NCBI GenBank assembly: GCA_000934665.2
Contig: KZ538472.1
Coordinates: forward strand, 1-64,000
Reading direction: 5' to 3'
Source: Catajapyx aquilonaris
Lineage: Eukaryota
DNA length: 64,000 bases
The notes beneath the pieces were generated by a model. The model was not told the origin of the DNA, made no database searches, and saw nothing but the letters and a program-made list of their open reading frames with translations. The position numbers and the translations under genes were made by a program. This document shows, one piece after another, positions 13,263 through 26,500 of this stretch (its first letter is position 1; every line of letters begins with the position of its first letter).

Positions 13263-14153
13263 AAGGGAAGGTCACGGGGTGATAATGACGGATCTTGATG
13301 AAATTTAACATGCTAATACAGGACAATATATGATACCCAAAAATGAAATATCTCATGCGGAACCCCATATTTGCAAAAGTTATGATGTCTTTAAGTTCCA
13401 AAAATAATACATTTTCATACTCCATGGGATTACATTAGCGACCACATATAATGACATTGAAGTGTGTAATCAGTTTCTAGACCTTTTCTCATCGGGAAAA
13501 AGTCCTACAGAACGGCTCTGGCCGTCCGTCCGTCCGTCTGTGGACAGGTATCAAGGCCTAAACCGTAAGAGATAGCGACAAACGGTTTTCATATTCGGAT
13601 TGTGCGTGACCAAAATAGGTTTCATGGTCAACTTCTGGTGACCCGCCACTTTCGGTCTTCCGGGTTCACTATACTCACAAGTCTACTTTACGGGTTATCG
13701 TTGGATTTCGAAGTTAGTTTCCGTGTATTCTTGACCGTGTTTTTCGGGGATTTACTCCGGGTTTTACCTGGCTCTCTGGCACAGGGGCTGTGGAATTTAT
13801 TCCTGACGTAGGACATGTTTGCAATGAGCGTCATCGGCCGCCATGATGTTATCGTGCAAGCCGATACTGGAATCGATATGTTGCCTAGGTTACGATATAT
13901 CGATTCACATGCTCCCTGAAAGAATGAGAAAAGGTCTAGAAACTGATTACACACTTCAATGTCATTATATGTGGTCGCTAATGTAATCTCATGGAGTATG
14001 AAAATGTATTATTTTTGGAACTTTAAGACGTCATAACTTTTGCAAATATGGGGTTCCGCACGAAATATTTCATTTTTGGGTATCATATATTGTCCTGTAT
14101 TAGCATGATCAATTTCATCAAGATCAGTCATTATCACCCCGTGACCTTCCCTT
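13263..14153. mobile_element. ~890-bp MITE with ~225-bp inverted arms (3-bp TCA TSD, Harbinger-type)
   Basis: 13263-13490 is the reverse complement of 13925-14153 with few mismatches. TCA flanks both ends and the core contains (GTCC)n. Confidence 0.8.
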
Positions 14154-14442
14154 TCAGTTATGTCCTGTAGATTTGGTTTAGCAAAAATGTGCATTTCAAA
14201 ATTCTCAATTTCGCAATTTTTTCACTTTAAAATCTTGACAAGAGGGAAGAGGCACAAGGAACGTTGATTTCAAGTTTTCAAACAATAGTAGACTGTGACT
14301 ATTTTTAGATGCAATTTGTGCATTAAGACAAGATCTAATGATTAAAAAAGGTAAGTGTGGACCTCCCAACTGAGGAGGTATTGCACATACCTTTATTTTT
14401 CTCTTTTTAGGCCTGTGTACAATGTGTACAATCATACATATT

Positions 14443-14700
14443 GGAACCTTGTTGCGAATCGCTGCGGTCTGCGGGCAGGGTGACTGGGAGGGGATGTGCA
14501 AGGTGCAAGTGCAATGTGTGTAACGGTCCATTTTGTGAAGTCCCCCAGGTGGATTAGTCTAGCGCAGATTCCACCCGAGACGAAGCCAGAGATGACCCAA
14601 CTCTGCACGAGATGAAGGGGGGAGACCCCAGGCTGGGATCGAACCCGGGACCCTTCCATCCGTGGGCTCTGACGTTACCGCAGCAACACTCCGCCTCCCC
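14443..14700 (-). mobile_element. SINE family A
   Basis: Minus-strand tRNA-like head with B box GGTTCGATCCC; the body is shared with the copies at 9138 and 31400. Confidence 0.8.
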
Positions 14701-14929
14701 TTGATCTAATGATATTAACATATGAAGGGGTCGGTGAGAGATAATCGTATGCCACAATTTCATATTTTTCGAGATGCAGGTGTATTCCGACTGTGGCAGC
14801 ACCGGTTTACCTATGGACAGAGTACAGTTTCGAAAATCATGAACAGACGGCTATGAGATCTCTACGATTTTCTCTGATTTTGAAAAGTGACAAATATTCA
14901 GTGGTGTCACAATCGTAAGCCACACTAAG

Positions 14930-15768
14930 ATGGCCGCCATCGGGGGAGGCGGGTCTTCTTCATCTGCGAGAAAATGTTTATTTGTGGCGACGGAATCAAG
15001 TGAGCAAGAATCTGACGTGAGTTCAACTGACTCTGACGAGTCATGGAAGCCATCCACAAGTGAATCATCTTCCGGTAACGATCAGGTGGGTCTATAGTTT
15101 CGTTTCAAAATATGTTACAAGCAAATTGTGGCTTATGATTATATCTGTTTCAAAACGGCTTTGCATGGGCCCATTCACACAGGCCGTCGACGGTTTTGGT
15201 TTCAGGTCTCATCGACGCCGCGGACCAATCAGAGCGGGCCCTCACGGTAACCATGACGCGTTGTTTACGTGAGGGCCCGCTCTGATTGGTCCGCGGCGTC
15301 GACGAGACCTAAAACCAAAACCGTCGACGGCCTGTGTGAATGGGCCTTCAAAGCTTTATTAAAATAATATTATATTCTTTTGTTTTTACTTTCGCTAAGT
15401 AATCATCCCTTATAAAGACACATTACTGACATTATGATATGAATTAAAATTATACAACAGTAAGGTATTGAACTCTTGACATTAGGCTATATTAGTTTTG
15501 TTTCCTGTTGATTTTCAGAGAGACAATGTTGTTGTCAGATGCAATGAGCCATCACCTGCTAAACCAACAAAGTCACGAAAACGCAAGATAAACCAATCAT
15601 CATGGAAAAGGGCCGAAGCTAAATGACATACAAGCTTTGATGAAATACACTCCAAGTGCAAGTCAGGATTTCTTTTTATCGTTATCCTCGATACCATCCA
15701 CTGGGGAAGAAAAGAATGTCGAAGACGTCGAATGGGAGGAGGAAAGCGATCGAAGACGGACGATTTGA
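14930..15768 (+). pseudogene. Sola-like transposase relic (N- and C-terminal parts only)
   Basis: Exon 14930-15085 (MAAIGG...SDESWKPS...NDQ|GT) splices in frame to 15519 (..KSRKRKINQSSWKRAEAK*). In another frame follows LMKYTPSASQDFFLSL plus an acidic tail. Confidence 0.5.
15167..15347. mobile_element. Palindromic Harbinger/Tourist-like MITE family F
   Basis: Near-perfect hairpin GGCCCATTCACACAGGCCGTCGACGG...; other copies at 53553-53735 and 10144-10263. Confidence 0.85.
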
Positions 15769-16151
15769 GGAAAATTAATATTATTATTTCAGCACAGTGA
15801 TACGGAAATGCTTTGTTGCATATTTTGTTGCTCTGTTGCATACATATTTTGTTGCTTTAATCATAATAAAAACACTTTCCCCATATAAGATGATATATTT
15901 TTCATTAAAAAATAATAATGCTGAAAACCAATGCTCCTTTACTTTTACTTCAAAATACAGGTTGATATAGTCGTAAGCCACATTTAGTGAAAAAAGTTAG
16001 CAACTTTTGAAACATCATACGAGTAAAAAAAGACATCAGCATGTAATTGGCACTCAAAAAAGTCATACATTTAAAGGATTCTGATTTATAGATTTGATCA
16101 AAGTTTCAAATGCGTTTTTCCCAAAAACAACTTCGTGTGGCATACGATTAT

Positions 16152-16563
16152 GGCCCCAGACAGACAGGCCATGTTGAGCCTCGACTGGCCCCGGCAAATT
16201 CGCGGCCGATCGAGGCCACCCCCGTCCAGACACCGGAGCACATCGGAGCCGCGGCCTTGGCGCTCCCACCAAAGGTGGTAGAGCCCAGCCAGCTTTACCG
16301 AAGTTGGTTGGGGCCAGCCATGACCGTAGCGCATGCGTAGAAGACTCGCGCCAGTCGCGCGCTTTTGAATAGTGAAGGGGTGATGAGCCGGGTAGGGAAC
16401 AGCCGGGAACAGCCGGGAACAGCCGGGAACAGCCGGGAACAGCCGGGAACAGCGTGCTGGTACCAGTCTGGACGGGTATCACCTGCGCAGTGGCCGAGCC
16501 ACGGCCAGGTTCAGCCCCGACCGCGACAAGCCGAGGCTCAACTTGGCCTGTCTGTCTGGGGCC
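16152..16563. mobile_element. GC-rich MITE (TAT TSD) containing a 10-mer tandem array
   Basis: TIRs GGCCCCAGACAGACAGGCC and GGCCTGTCTGTCTGGGGCC, with TAT on both sides. Confidence 0.8.
16395..16453 (+). repeat. Minisatellite (GGGAACAGCC) x ~5.9
   Basis: Perfect tandem 10-mers read directly from the sequence. Confidence 0.95.
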
Positions 16564-18436
16564 TATCTCTCACCGACCCCTTCATATGTCCAAAATCCTA
16601 TCCTCCCATAATTTATATCCTCATTTGAAACTGTGTTACCAGGGTTGATAAATAATTTTTCATTAAATCTCTCTTTTATTGAAAATTCGTATCCAGAAAA
16701 ATCAGTCACAATCTCCCATTGCCTAAACATTATAATATAATTTTCTAACTTTCCTTGCATCGTCTTTCATTATTTCAACATGGGAAACATGTCAAAATTG
16801 AGAATTTCAAATGCAGATTTTCACAAAATATGAATCGATGGAACTAAATTGAGTTTCACTTTCTCACTTGACATTATTACGCATATGGTAACTTCTACTA
16901 AAATAGTGGTGGTCAGAGGGGGGAGGGGGGGAATCCTAGAAGGAATTCTCTCTCTCTTGCAGAAAGGAATGTAGTCATCATGTCAACCAGTCTACCTGGG
17001 GAAGAGGAGGGCCACATGAACATGTGCGGGAGGGGGCTAGTACAGATCAACACATTTGCACCTACCTTATGTCAGAGTGGAGGCAGCCTCAATGCCTATA
17101 TTCAGTTCTGCAGGGTGATAAGACCAGGAACACATACACAAAGCTCAATCTGATGTGCTGCTGTGAGTTTTCACTATTTCCACATGGTGTTGGTGGCAGA
17201 TTAATAATTCTACAGGAAATAAATGGAAAGATCCTTGCCAAGACAAAGCACAGAAGAGGGTGTACTGACAGAGGAAGGATAACAATACTTTGACGAAATC
17301 AATTTATTAATATTTCACCGAGTGGGAGTGTCTGCGACTGGTATCATTGACTATGACAATGACTTGTGGTTCTTGTGCACATTTTGCGCAAACAATAATA
17401 AAGACTTCACTAGAGCACTGGTCACATCCCATAAGCAGATGGGACACGATGCAAAAAATAAGAATCACAATGCATTTATTAATTGATTTGACTATGGCAA
17501 TCTAAAATTAAATAAACATTCTACTATCAACATTTCGAACGTTGCTAGTTATATCAGAACAATATAGTGTCATACACTCAAAACATCACTAGAGTCTCAG
17601 TATTTATATGATATATGATATTACTGTACCGGGTTCAGTTTGGTTATCTTACATTAGGGTCTCATGCATTGAGGAGACAATTCCGAGTCAACTTATTAAA
17701 ACACTGCATTGCTCAGTAACATTTGTTTGCTTTTTAAAAATGAAACAAAAAGTTTACTTTAGATATATACTTTGCAAGCAGGATCACAGAATCATTTTAT
17801 ACTCCAATTTTATACCCCACTGGGACATCTCGAAAGAGTCAATTGCTGCTGCCTGACAGCAATGAACTTCTGTTATATCAGCTGTTAACCTGTAACTTGC
17901 ACTTCCTAGAAGTGACAACAACTTCATGCACAGCTCTCAATACTGTGTGTTTCAGAATTTAGTGCTCATCAGTATTGGCAAATATGTTGCACGCATGTGT
18001 AAGTCCTGCTGGTGGCTTGAGGGAGAGTGGTGTGTGAGAGAGAAGAGCTGCAAATGGTAAGTGTGCCTTGGGCACAGGAGTACCAATTGACAGTAGCATC
18101 AGCAGCATTTTCACCAATACATACATCAGGAAAATGATGAAACACACAGTATTAAATGATGTAGTTTCACACAAAATTATTAGTAAAAAAAAAGTCAGAC
18201 AGCAGTTTAAGTACTGCTTGAGGAAAGTTACTTTTCCTCTATTTAAAAAACGAATTATGCAGTCGTTATTACGGATGAACACAGAATGATCTCAGGATTA
18301 TCCTATGCTCCAACCATCAGTATGTCAGTGCTTCATACAGGCCCATGCCTGTCATGATATTATTCGTACAATGGTGTTGGAAGTAGAAGAGTATGCAGCT
18401 GTGGTTTGACTGATTAGGAGTTTTTATGGTTTTATA

Positions 18437-18541
18437 ATAATGATGATACTGATGTTGATGATGATGATGATGATTACGATTATTATGATTATGATCATCA
18501 TCATCATCATCATCATTATTATTATTATTATTATTATTATT
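18437..18541. repeat. Compound (ATG/ATC/ATT)n microsatellite
   Basis: Read directly from the sequence. Confidence 0.9.
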
Positions 18542-18986
18542 TGGGGAGAGGGGCAAACTTATTTTGAAAGGAATAAATCACCCAGGTTGATTATTAAGTT
18601 GCTTAGAGAAGTTAATGTTCACAGGATCACCTGATAAATAGATTTGATGGATGACTGCTGATACCAGCTTTGACTTTGGGAGCTGCCAATAGGATGCCTG
18701 CACAAAATTGTCCAAAATGTGGCCTAGGTGCAATAAAAACCCTAACTTCTTATTGCAATTAGGCCACATGAATCTGCAGGATGCCAATTTTGCTCCAAGG
18801 CATAAGATTTTATATGGATAAGGTGCATAACAGTGTGACTAAGAAAAAGGAATGCTAGAATTTCATACGACTGACAATTAACTGAGATACAGTTGACATA
18901 GTGAATGTGCAAATTTTTTGAACTTCAATGGGCTACAAGAGACCAGAAATATATTGCAGAAATTTTAGTTTCAACTTTAATAGCCA

Positions 18987-19069
18987 GGGGTGGAATTTCC
19001 GTCATACTACTAGTTACTTCTAACTTAGCAGTACAGCAATAACTAGTAGTATGATGAAAATTCCACCCC
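18987..19069. mobile_element. Small palindromic MITE
   Basis: GGGGTGGAATTT..TCATACTACTAGTTA and TAACTAGTAGTATGA..AAATTCCACCCC. Confidence 0.6.
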
Positions 19070-19429
19070 ACATTAATTTAGCCAGATTTTTTGAGGTGGA
19101 TCTTGTTTATGAAAATTAATATATATTACTGACAGTTTCACATTGTAATGGGCCATTTGAAGAAATATTTGCCCAGTCCCAAAAGTATTGCACAGTCATT
19201 GATGTCATTAAATCTTGTGTTAACTAACAAGCATCTCTAAAAATTAATTTCACTTACCATTTCTATAAAATTATGATTAAAATTACTGCACATACTACCT
19301 AACTCCTGTGGCCCTTTGAAGTTTGAAAATATTGCAAATATACAATATTTGGACAACTGTATCTCTCAGTTAGATGACCATCACTCAATTGCAAATCTAG
19401 TATTCACTTTTTTAATTCACTCTTATGAT

Positions 19430-19648
19430 GTACCCCCGCGAGCATAAAGATGGAGACGGCAGGCCTTTTTTTTGACCTTTCTTTATCTGACTCAAATTAA
19501 TGAACTCTTTTTGGACCGAGTTAGCTGCATCAGGCATGTGTTCGTGGATTTATGACAGTATATTTGATACCGTAATAGCTGCAATTGGCAGAGCAGCCTG
19601 CCGAAGGTGAGGGCCTGCCGTCTCCATCTTTATGCTCGCGGGTGTACC
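19430..19648. mobile_element. MITE with ~35-bp TIRs
   Basis: CCCGCGAGCATAAAGATGGAGACGGCAGGCC and GGCCTGCCGTCTCCATCTTTATGCTCGCGGG. Confidence 0.7.
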
Positions 19649-19951
19649 TTTGCCACCAGAAAATGGTACTTCTCAGAGCAAAGGAGGTGGCTACAGATTC
19701 CCTACCTTATTGGCCAGCATTCTTTGGAGTTTGGGGATTTTTTCTTGGGGTTTCTGAAAATCAGCCATCAGAATGCCATTATCAGCTTTCCAGGTAGTCT
19801 GGAAATGGCTTATAATTTTCCAGATGTAACAAACTTTCTGCTTTATACAGTGTGTTCCAACTGAAATGTCCATTGTGGTTCAAGATTTTCTGGTAATAAG
19901 CTGATTAGATGCATGTCTGATCCTCTTGACACACCTTCCTGCATTAGTTTA

Positions 19952-20114
19952 AAGCCGCGTTTACATCTGAGCGATTTGATCATTGATGTTGCAGTAATGA
20001 CATCACTGAGCGATAAGACCAATTGTTTGGGGCGAAAATATATTGTTACCATGATTGTTACTTTCGCTCAGCGATGTCATCACTGATCAAATCACTCACA
20101 TGTAAACGCAGCTT
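19952..20114. mobile_element. Harbinger-type MITE
   Basis: AAGCCGCGTTTACAT...ATGTAAACGCAGCTT with an internal inverted repeat. Confidence 0.65.
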
Positions 20115-20542
20115 AAAAGTATGCACCCAAGGCCCTAACATTAGCGCCTAATATTCAAGATAACCTCTAAAAGTAACTGTTCCAATGAAACTGCTTAAAA
20201 AGAAACCTATGAGTGTCAGAAATCACTGACAGCTATGGACAATTCAGTTGGAACATACCACATGTAGGCACTATATTGAGATTTAATACCCCAGAATGTG
20301 GTATCAACGGATTGAAAAAAAAGGCTGCCTGAGAGCAATGGCCTTCTATTATCTCAGCTGCACACCCTGCAACTTGCACTTCCTAGAAGTGATAATAACC
20401 TCATGCACACACACAACTCCCATACTGAAATAATAAACAGTTTCTTAAAATATAAAAATTGGAAACAAAAAAGTTCATAATGTCTGGAGAATGTACCGCA
20501 AGGTAACACTGAACAGACAAGTGCACAAAAATTTTAAAAAAC

Positions 20543-23500
20543 CTAATCACTGTCACTGCCAGATTTCTCATCACTGCTGCTCTCACTTCCACTTCCTGAA
20601 CTTCCACTTCCACTTCCTCCTCCTCTTGCTATCGGGGAAGGACTTTTGCTCCCACTGCGGGAATGGGAGGGAGACTGGGAAGAGCTTCTGGACTCTGAAC
20701 CAGACCTGTTTCCGGATTTCTGGGCACTTCCGTCTGACTGGGGAGACTTATCTCCCTCTGCATCAGTCTCTCTGTCACTTGCTTCCTCTGAAATACAGCA
20801 TGGTTTGACAAGTTATTCATGGCCCAATGGCATAAACAAAATTAAAATGAGGTAGAAATTAAATAAAAATAAAAATAAACAAAATGATACCTTCGCTGCT
20901 ACTTTTTCTGCTATTATCCTGATCATCACTTTCACCCTTATCGCTCCCACTCTTATTGCTTTTATCGGAAGCAGATGCATCACTTTCTTCATCTAGATAA
21001 GAATAAAATCAAACGAAATAATAAGTAATTTACATATATTAATTTGAACAAAATCTATCAGAGATTCATATGCAATGCATTTCAACTGAGTTGTTTGTAG
21101 TAGTTAGGATTTTTTTTTGCCCTAAGCTGCTTACTAAGGGCCACATTTTCAACGTCCTGGTAAGCTGCGACGAGGCAGAGCTAGGGGGAGTGTGACTTCA
21201 TACCCCCCCCCCTTGCTAGCCTTCCCATTTTCCAAGTTGCGTAGCAAGATGCGACAGGGTAGTTTGCTAGTCACCCTCCCGTCAGTTGCAACCAGCTCGG
21301 GGGTTGCCGCAAGTTGCTAGCTAGCTCAATATGGCTGATTTCACAGGGACAGGGATGGTAGCAGTTCATGTCTTGGCCACAGATAAACTAGTGAAGGCCC
21401 ATTTCCGTAAGAACCGGATAATGTGGGACAGGCGAGACGCTTTATGTAGGGTTGCCCAATGCCTAAAGATGCTATGTTTTTATTATGTGAAGAGCTAGGC
21501 GAATTGCTGCAGCTGAAAAGCGCGTTGCATTCGAGGCAATGGCTGACTCCGCAATTGAAAAAAAATATCCGCAACACGGATAATCCGCACCCGGATAATT
21601 GGAAGTACATTGTAGTTGATTAAACCTGTGGTTTCCAACCTGTGGGTCGCAAGCCTTGGTTAAACNNNNNNNNNNNNNNNNNNNNNNNNNTTTTTTTTTT
21701 TTTTTTTTTTTTTGCAATTTATGTGCAATAATGAATAATTTAAAAATAAAAATGAGTGAACACTGTGGACGAGATTTATGTTTGAGCCATCGGTCATTGG
21801 TGCGAGAAATCTAGCAACGTTCACCCTCATGCTCTCTCTATCCCCGGAAGCCCTGCTACCGAGCTCGCTATGGAGCCAATCAAGCTGGACTTACATTTGA
21901 AGAAAGAAGCTATCCAGGAGAAGCAGATGCAATTATTAAAAATAACTTTGTGTTAGCTGGCATAATTATTATGCGGATATGTTTGAGGAGCTGAATGTTC
22001 TCAACACTTCTCTGCAAGGGGTCAAATCAAGCAACATTTTTCCATCGCATGAAAAAATAAGTGAATTTTTATTAAAACGCGAACTTTGGCTGGCAGAAAA
22101 AGTGGAGCAATCTTAATTTGAAATGTTTCATTATCTGCAAGAGTATAGCGAGAACAGTGGCACAATATTCATGAGCGAGTCACCTCCACACATTTGCAAA
22201 TGAGCAATCCAAGATAATGTCAACCTGGAAGGGGTTATAAAAAATTTATGGTAGGAGAAAATATATTGCTCTGTGAGTCAATTTGTTATATGAAAACACT
22301 GTTCTGGCAATGGACCCTGCGTAAGAAAGTGTCACAACCTCATATAATTCGCAAGAATGTCATAATGTAGTATACCCCTTCCTGTAAGGCTGTTTTAATT
22401 ATGTCACATCCCTAACGCGCACAATAACCCTGCTGGTCCTCTTGTGTGCATTTGAAAGTGGTCATTAACACATTAGGTGAAAGTTCAGATCCTTCTTGTT
22501 CCCTGTGCCAAAGGTATTACATTATCACTTGCATATTACATCGCAGAACCAGCAATCTGTCCCCACTTGCGTGTGGGATTGTCACGTCCCAAACGCTGGA
22601 ATTGCTCAAATACTAAAGGAGGGCTTCGAGAAATATTTCGGTGACATTGACATAGCAGAGGTTGAGTAGGTTCGAAATCTCTCCAGTGAGCTTTCAAGGG
22701 AAAAACTGCCAACTGATGAACGAGAGCAGCTCATTGATTTGCATTGCGATTGCATATTGAAAAATAAAATTCAAGATGGAGAAATGACAAAATTCTCCAT
22801 CTTGAAATTTATTTTTCAATATGCAATTCAATATGTTGCACAGTCAGTCAATCGCTGGCTGTGCAACAGAACTAGCATATTCTAACAGTCCTGTACTCAC
22901 CTATTTTTCACGACAACATTATTTTAGTATGGTACCATGAAGCTTTCCAAAAAATTTTGACAAGGATCAAAATTATGGAAATCTACCTCGGTTAATGCGG
23001 CAGGGCGGCTACCCCTGGGTTATACCGGCATGCCAATTTAAGTGAAGTAATAAGGTATCAGCTTTAACATGGAAACAACACATTTCTGGACATGGGTACT
23101 TAGGCTAAATGCAATGGTGGTGGTGGTGGGGCGCGGAGGGGGGTGAATCAAAAAATTATGTGACTCGAAACAGGCGCAAAAGTCGCACTGATTAGGTAAG
23201 AACTACTTCTCAGGGCTTACTGTAGTGTGCAGTTCTAAAAGCCAAAAGTGCAATTCTGAATGAGGATTTGTGCAGTCAGGAAATAGCAGACAAGTCTGTT
23301 ATATCAGGATTCAACTGCACTTGTACATTGGCACTGCTGGAAATATGAAGGGACCAACCTTTCTAGTTGCTTATATCCGATGTGCTTACAGTATAGGAGG
23401 ATTCCACTGTACTTTGACAGTTATTACATTCACCTACGCTTGTGTGACCTTGAACAACAACAAAAATTCCCCTACGACGGGCTTATTTGCTTTGGGGTGG

Positions 23501-26500
23501 GGGATATCTGAAATTACTCTCCAGGGGGCCCAATGTGGCAAAGGTTGAGAACCGCTGGCTAAATGTGATATACTCTGACTCCTCCACAAGCTCTCGGAGT
23601 ATGATAGGAATCCATTAACACTCTTTACAACATTATTTTGTACACTTTGTGACAAATCTTGTGTACCCCTAGCTGGTACTTCCCCCTGCCTGCTCTGTGC
23701 CGGGAGCATTTAAAACTATGACATCGACATTCAAATCCATGAGCACAGTATATATAATGCAGGTGGAAGCACCAAGAGTAAGCAAGGTTTGTCGGGTAGT
23801 ATGCATCATATATTCTGACAGCAACTCAACATCTGATTGAATCAGTCTTCATCTTGAGTTGAAGAAACACATTACTTCTTCAACAAGTTGGGCTCTAAAA
23901 AGTTGGCAAAAAATCTTGGTCAGAATTCAGAGAGATGGCCCAAACTGCATTTAAGAGTGACTGTAAGTAGTAATGTTCTGAAAACCACTACTACCCTAAC
24001 CAGGTTACAGCTTTCTCCTCCACAACTTTAGCCCTCCAGCCTTCTCCAGCCAATGGACCCCCACTATCTGATAAAAAATATGGTGCATGGTGGCAAGCAC
24101 CATTTGGCGCACAATCAGATAGGGAATAAATCCATGCAATTCACTCCCTCATCTTGAGTGCAAGGTCTCTGCCGTGAAAGCACAGGGTCACCAGTAGGAG
24201 GCCCAGTATGATGGGTCAACATGTATCACTTGTGTTATGATTAGAGTCTGGATTTTTAGGCACGAAAATACCTCAAATAGGCACAAAATATTTACTTCTT
24301 CGGTCACATGGAGGATAACGGTACAGAAAATTAAAAAGCTAGAATAACTTTATAGGCCTAAAGTATAAAATATAAGGTCACAAACCATAACAAAAAACCA
24401 AACAACAACGATAAACTGACAGGAAATCACGAAACTTGGGCAAAAGACACGAAGTGCAAGCAAGTACCACTTGCTCTGGACTCGATCGCTTATATCCGGT
24501 TTCCACTTGCACAATATGTTGCCAAATCTTTTTCTAAATTTTCCTCTGATTGTATTTGGCATATGGGTCACGGAAACATGATTCGTATTACTTCTGAATG
24601 GCTTTGGTCCATTCAGGAGCACAAAAATTACTCCGCAAAAAAACGAACACGCCTTTCAAGAAAAAATAGGTCCGTAAAGTTCAAACTATCCAAAAAAGGC
24701 CAAATAGGCATGAAAAGGCGTGAAAAGCCATAATAGGCAAAATAGTTCCCAAAACCACGAAATAGGCCATTTTAGGCACTATAAAACCTACATTTTCCAC
24801 ATCCTGCACTTATGAAACGGATAGATCCCTTCACAAAACCATCCCAACTGTTAAGGCACTAAATAGGCATTTGCCTAAAAATCCGGACTCTAGTTATGGT
24901 AGCCAGTTATTCTGACAGAATAGTAGTGACAGTTTTGTAAGAAAATCTGTGGTTTATCCTGCAACTAACTGCCCTACAGCAGAGTTGGGATGGCATTCTG
25001 GGACGTGTAGTTTCTAGTTTGCAGGTCCAAGACATCAGTGATAGAAGTCATAATACAGAGATCAGTCAACAAGTCAGTTATTTTTCTTGGTTAGTAGTCT
25101 CTACACAACCCTCTTCCTTGGAGTTAAAATTTCTCATGTAAGCTAACTCAAACAAGCTAAGATGGTGTTAACCATGTAATTGGCAATGTATCTCTGGAAA
25201 TACATTGTTTTGGAACATTTTTAACAGCCCGCCAGAGAGAAAGTGCGTGAAAATGGATGGTATATCTTCTGGTATACAACCTCTAGCAACTTATAAGTGT
25301 ACTTCGGCACTTCGCCATCTGTTGGGAAAAGCCTGCACCGTTCGGAACCAAAGAATCCAACATGGTGGCCGCTACGAAAGCGGTTGCCGCACAGCCGCTA
25401 AGAAAAATTCTTATTTTTATTGCCATAACATGGTTTTGAGAGACCAAATCTGGTACAAATGTCCTTGGGACCATACTCTTCAAATCCAGATATGGCGCCA
25501 CCCCTGTTTTCACCCCGGAGGCTGGTTGGCTACCTTTAATCGAGTGAAAAGTATTTTTCTGAGTGAACTATGCTTCTCAGGAGGATATGTGCCAAACAAA
25601 GGTTGTAGAGAAACATGTATTCTACAAAAATATCTAAGTACCTTTTCCACATACGGTTTTCACCTTTTCAATTCACCTTTCCCTGCCTCCCTCCAATGTG
25701 TTTTGAATGAGTGCGCACAGTTGGTAACATCACCAGGGCCTATCATTTATTACTCACACTTCATCACTTCGATGCGCACTTCTGCCGCCACAGCATGTGG
25801 CGCTAGCAGCACTCCACAGTTAATGTCTAGTACTGTACATGCTGTTATTTTCATAACTGAAAGGTATGTGCACCAGACATTTATACTACAAAAAGAATGG
25901 GCCTGGCTGTGCAGAGGAATTTGTTTCACCAATTCTCACTATAGAAACGGTTTCAAAGCAAGTTTTATAAAAATGTCTGTTATTACTTTCCTGCCATTTC
26001 CACATGAATTGCAACCTTAGAATCGAGATTTTTTCCCTGATATTTAGAACTCAACTTGTCAAAGGAGTGAAGAGTCCCTTTTAAGATGTGAAACTATTCC
26101 TAGTTACCAACTTTAACTAGTCATGTTAGTTTACCATACAGAGGAATTAAAGACATAATAATCTCACCTGACTTCCTGCCTTCATCATCATCCTGCCCCT
26201 TTCCTGATTCTGCATCAACCTCCATCTCATCCTCTTCATCTTCTTCATCATCTTCCCCAGGAGGCCCAAGCTGCTTCTCTCTGTACCTCTCCATCCTAAA
26301 TTCACTAGCATTGAGGGGCCTATGCTTCACCACTAGCTTAGTATTGCCAGGTGGTAGGCCTGGCTTCTGCCTCCTCTTGCTCAATCTGACCTTAGTTTCC
26401 AACTTATCATAATATACCCCCAATTCACGGACTATGAAGAAGTAGTTCTCCTCATAGCCCTTGGAGGCCTTGTTCTTCACATTCCAATTGTATTCCCGAG

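Larger units (their letters stand above)
13236..16877 (+). mobile_element. Internally deleted DNA transposon (Sola1-like) carrying nested insertions
   Basis: Imperfect TIRs: TAATGTCA..AAAGTGAAACTCA plus 14154-14215 against 16790-16877. Contains spliced transposase-like remnants at 14930-15768. Confidence 0.55.

Noticed and set aside
16395..16453. Regular short repeats resembling a CRISPR array
   Set aside because: Head-to-tail 10-mers without spacers, in a eukaryotic MITE, with no cas genes nearby.
18317..18634. Poly-N/D/H and poly-I/M ORFs (also 54081-54284)
   Set aside because: Translations of trinucleotide microsatellites.
25205..26020. 271-aa plus-strand ORF antisense within a Paf1 intron
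   Set aside because: Non-ATG start, no recognisable domain, and it overlaps repeat-like motifs (AATCCAACATGG.GGC); likely a chance ORF.
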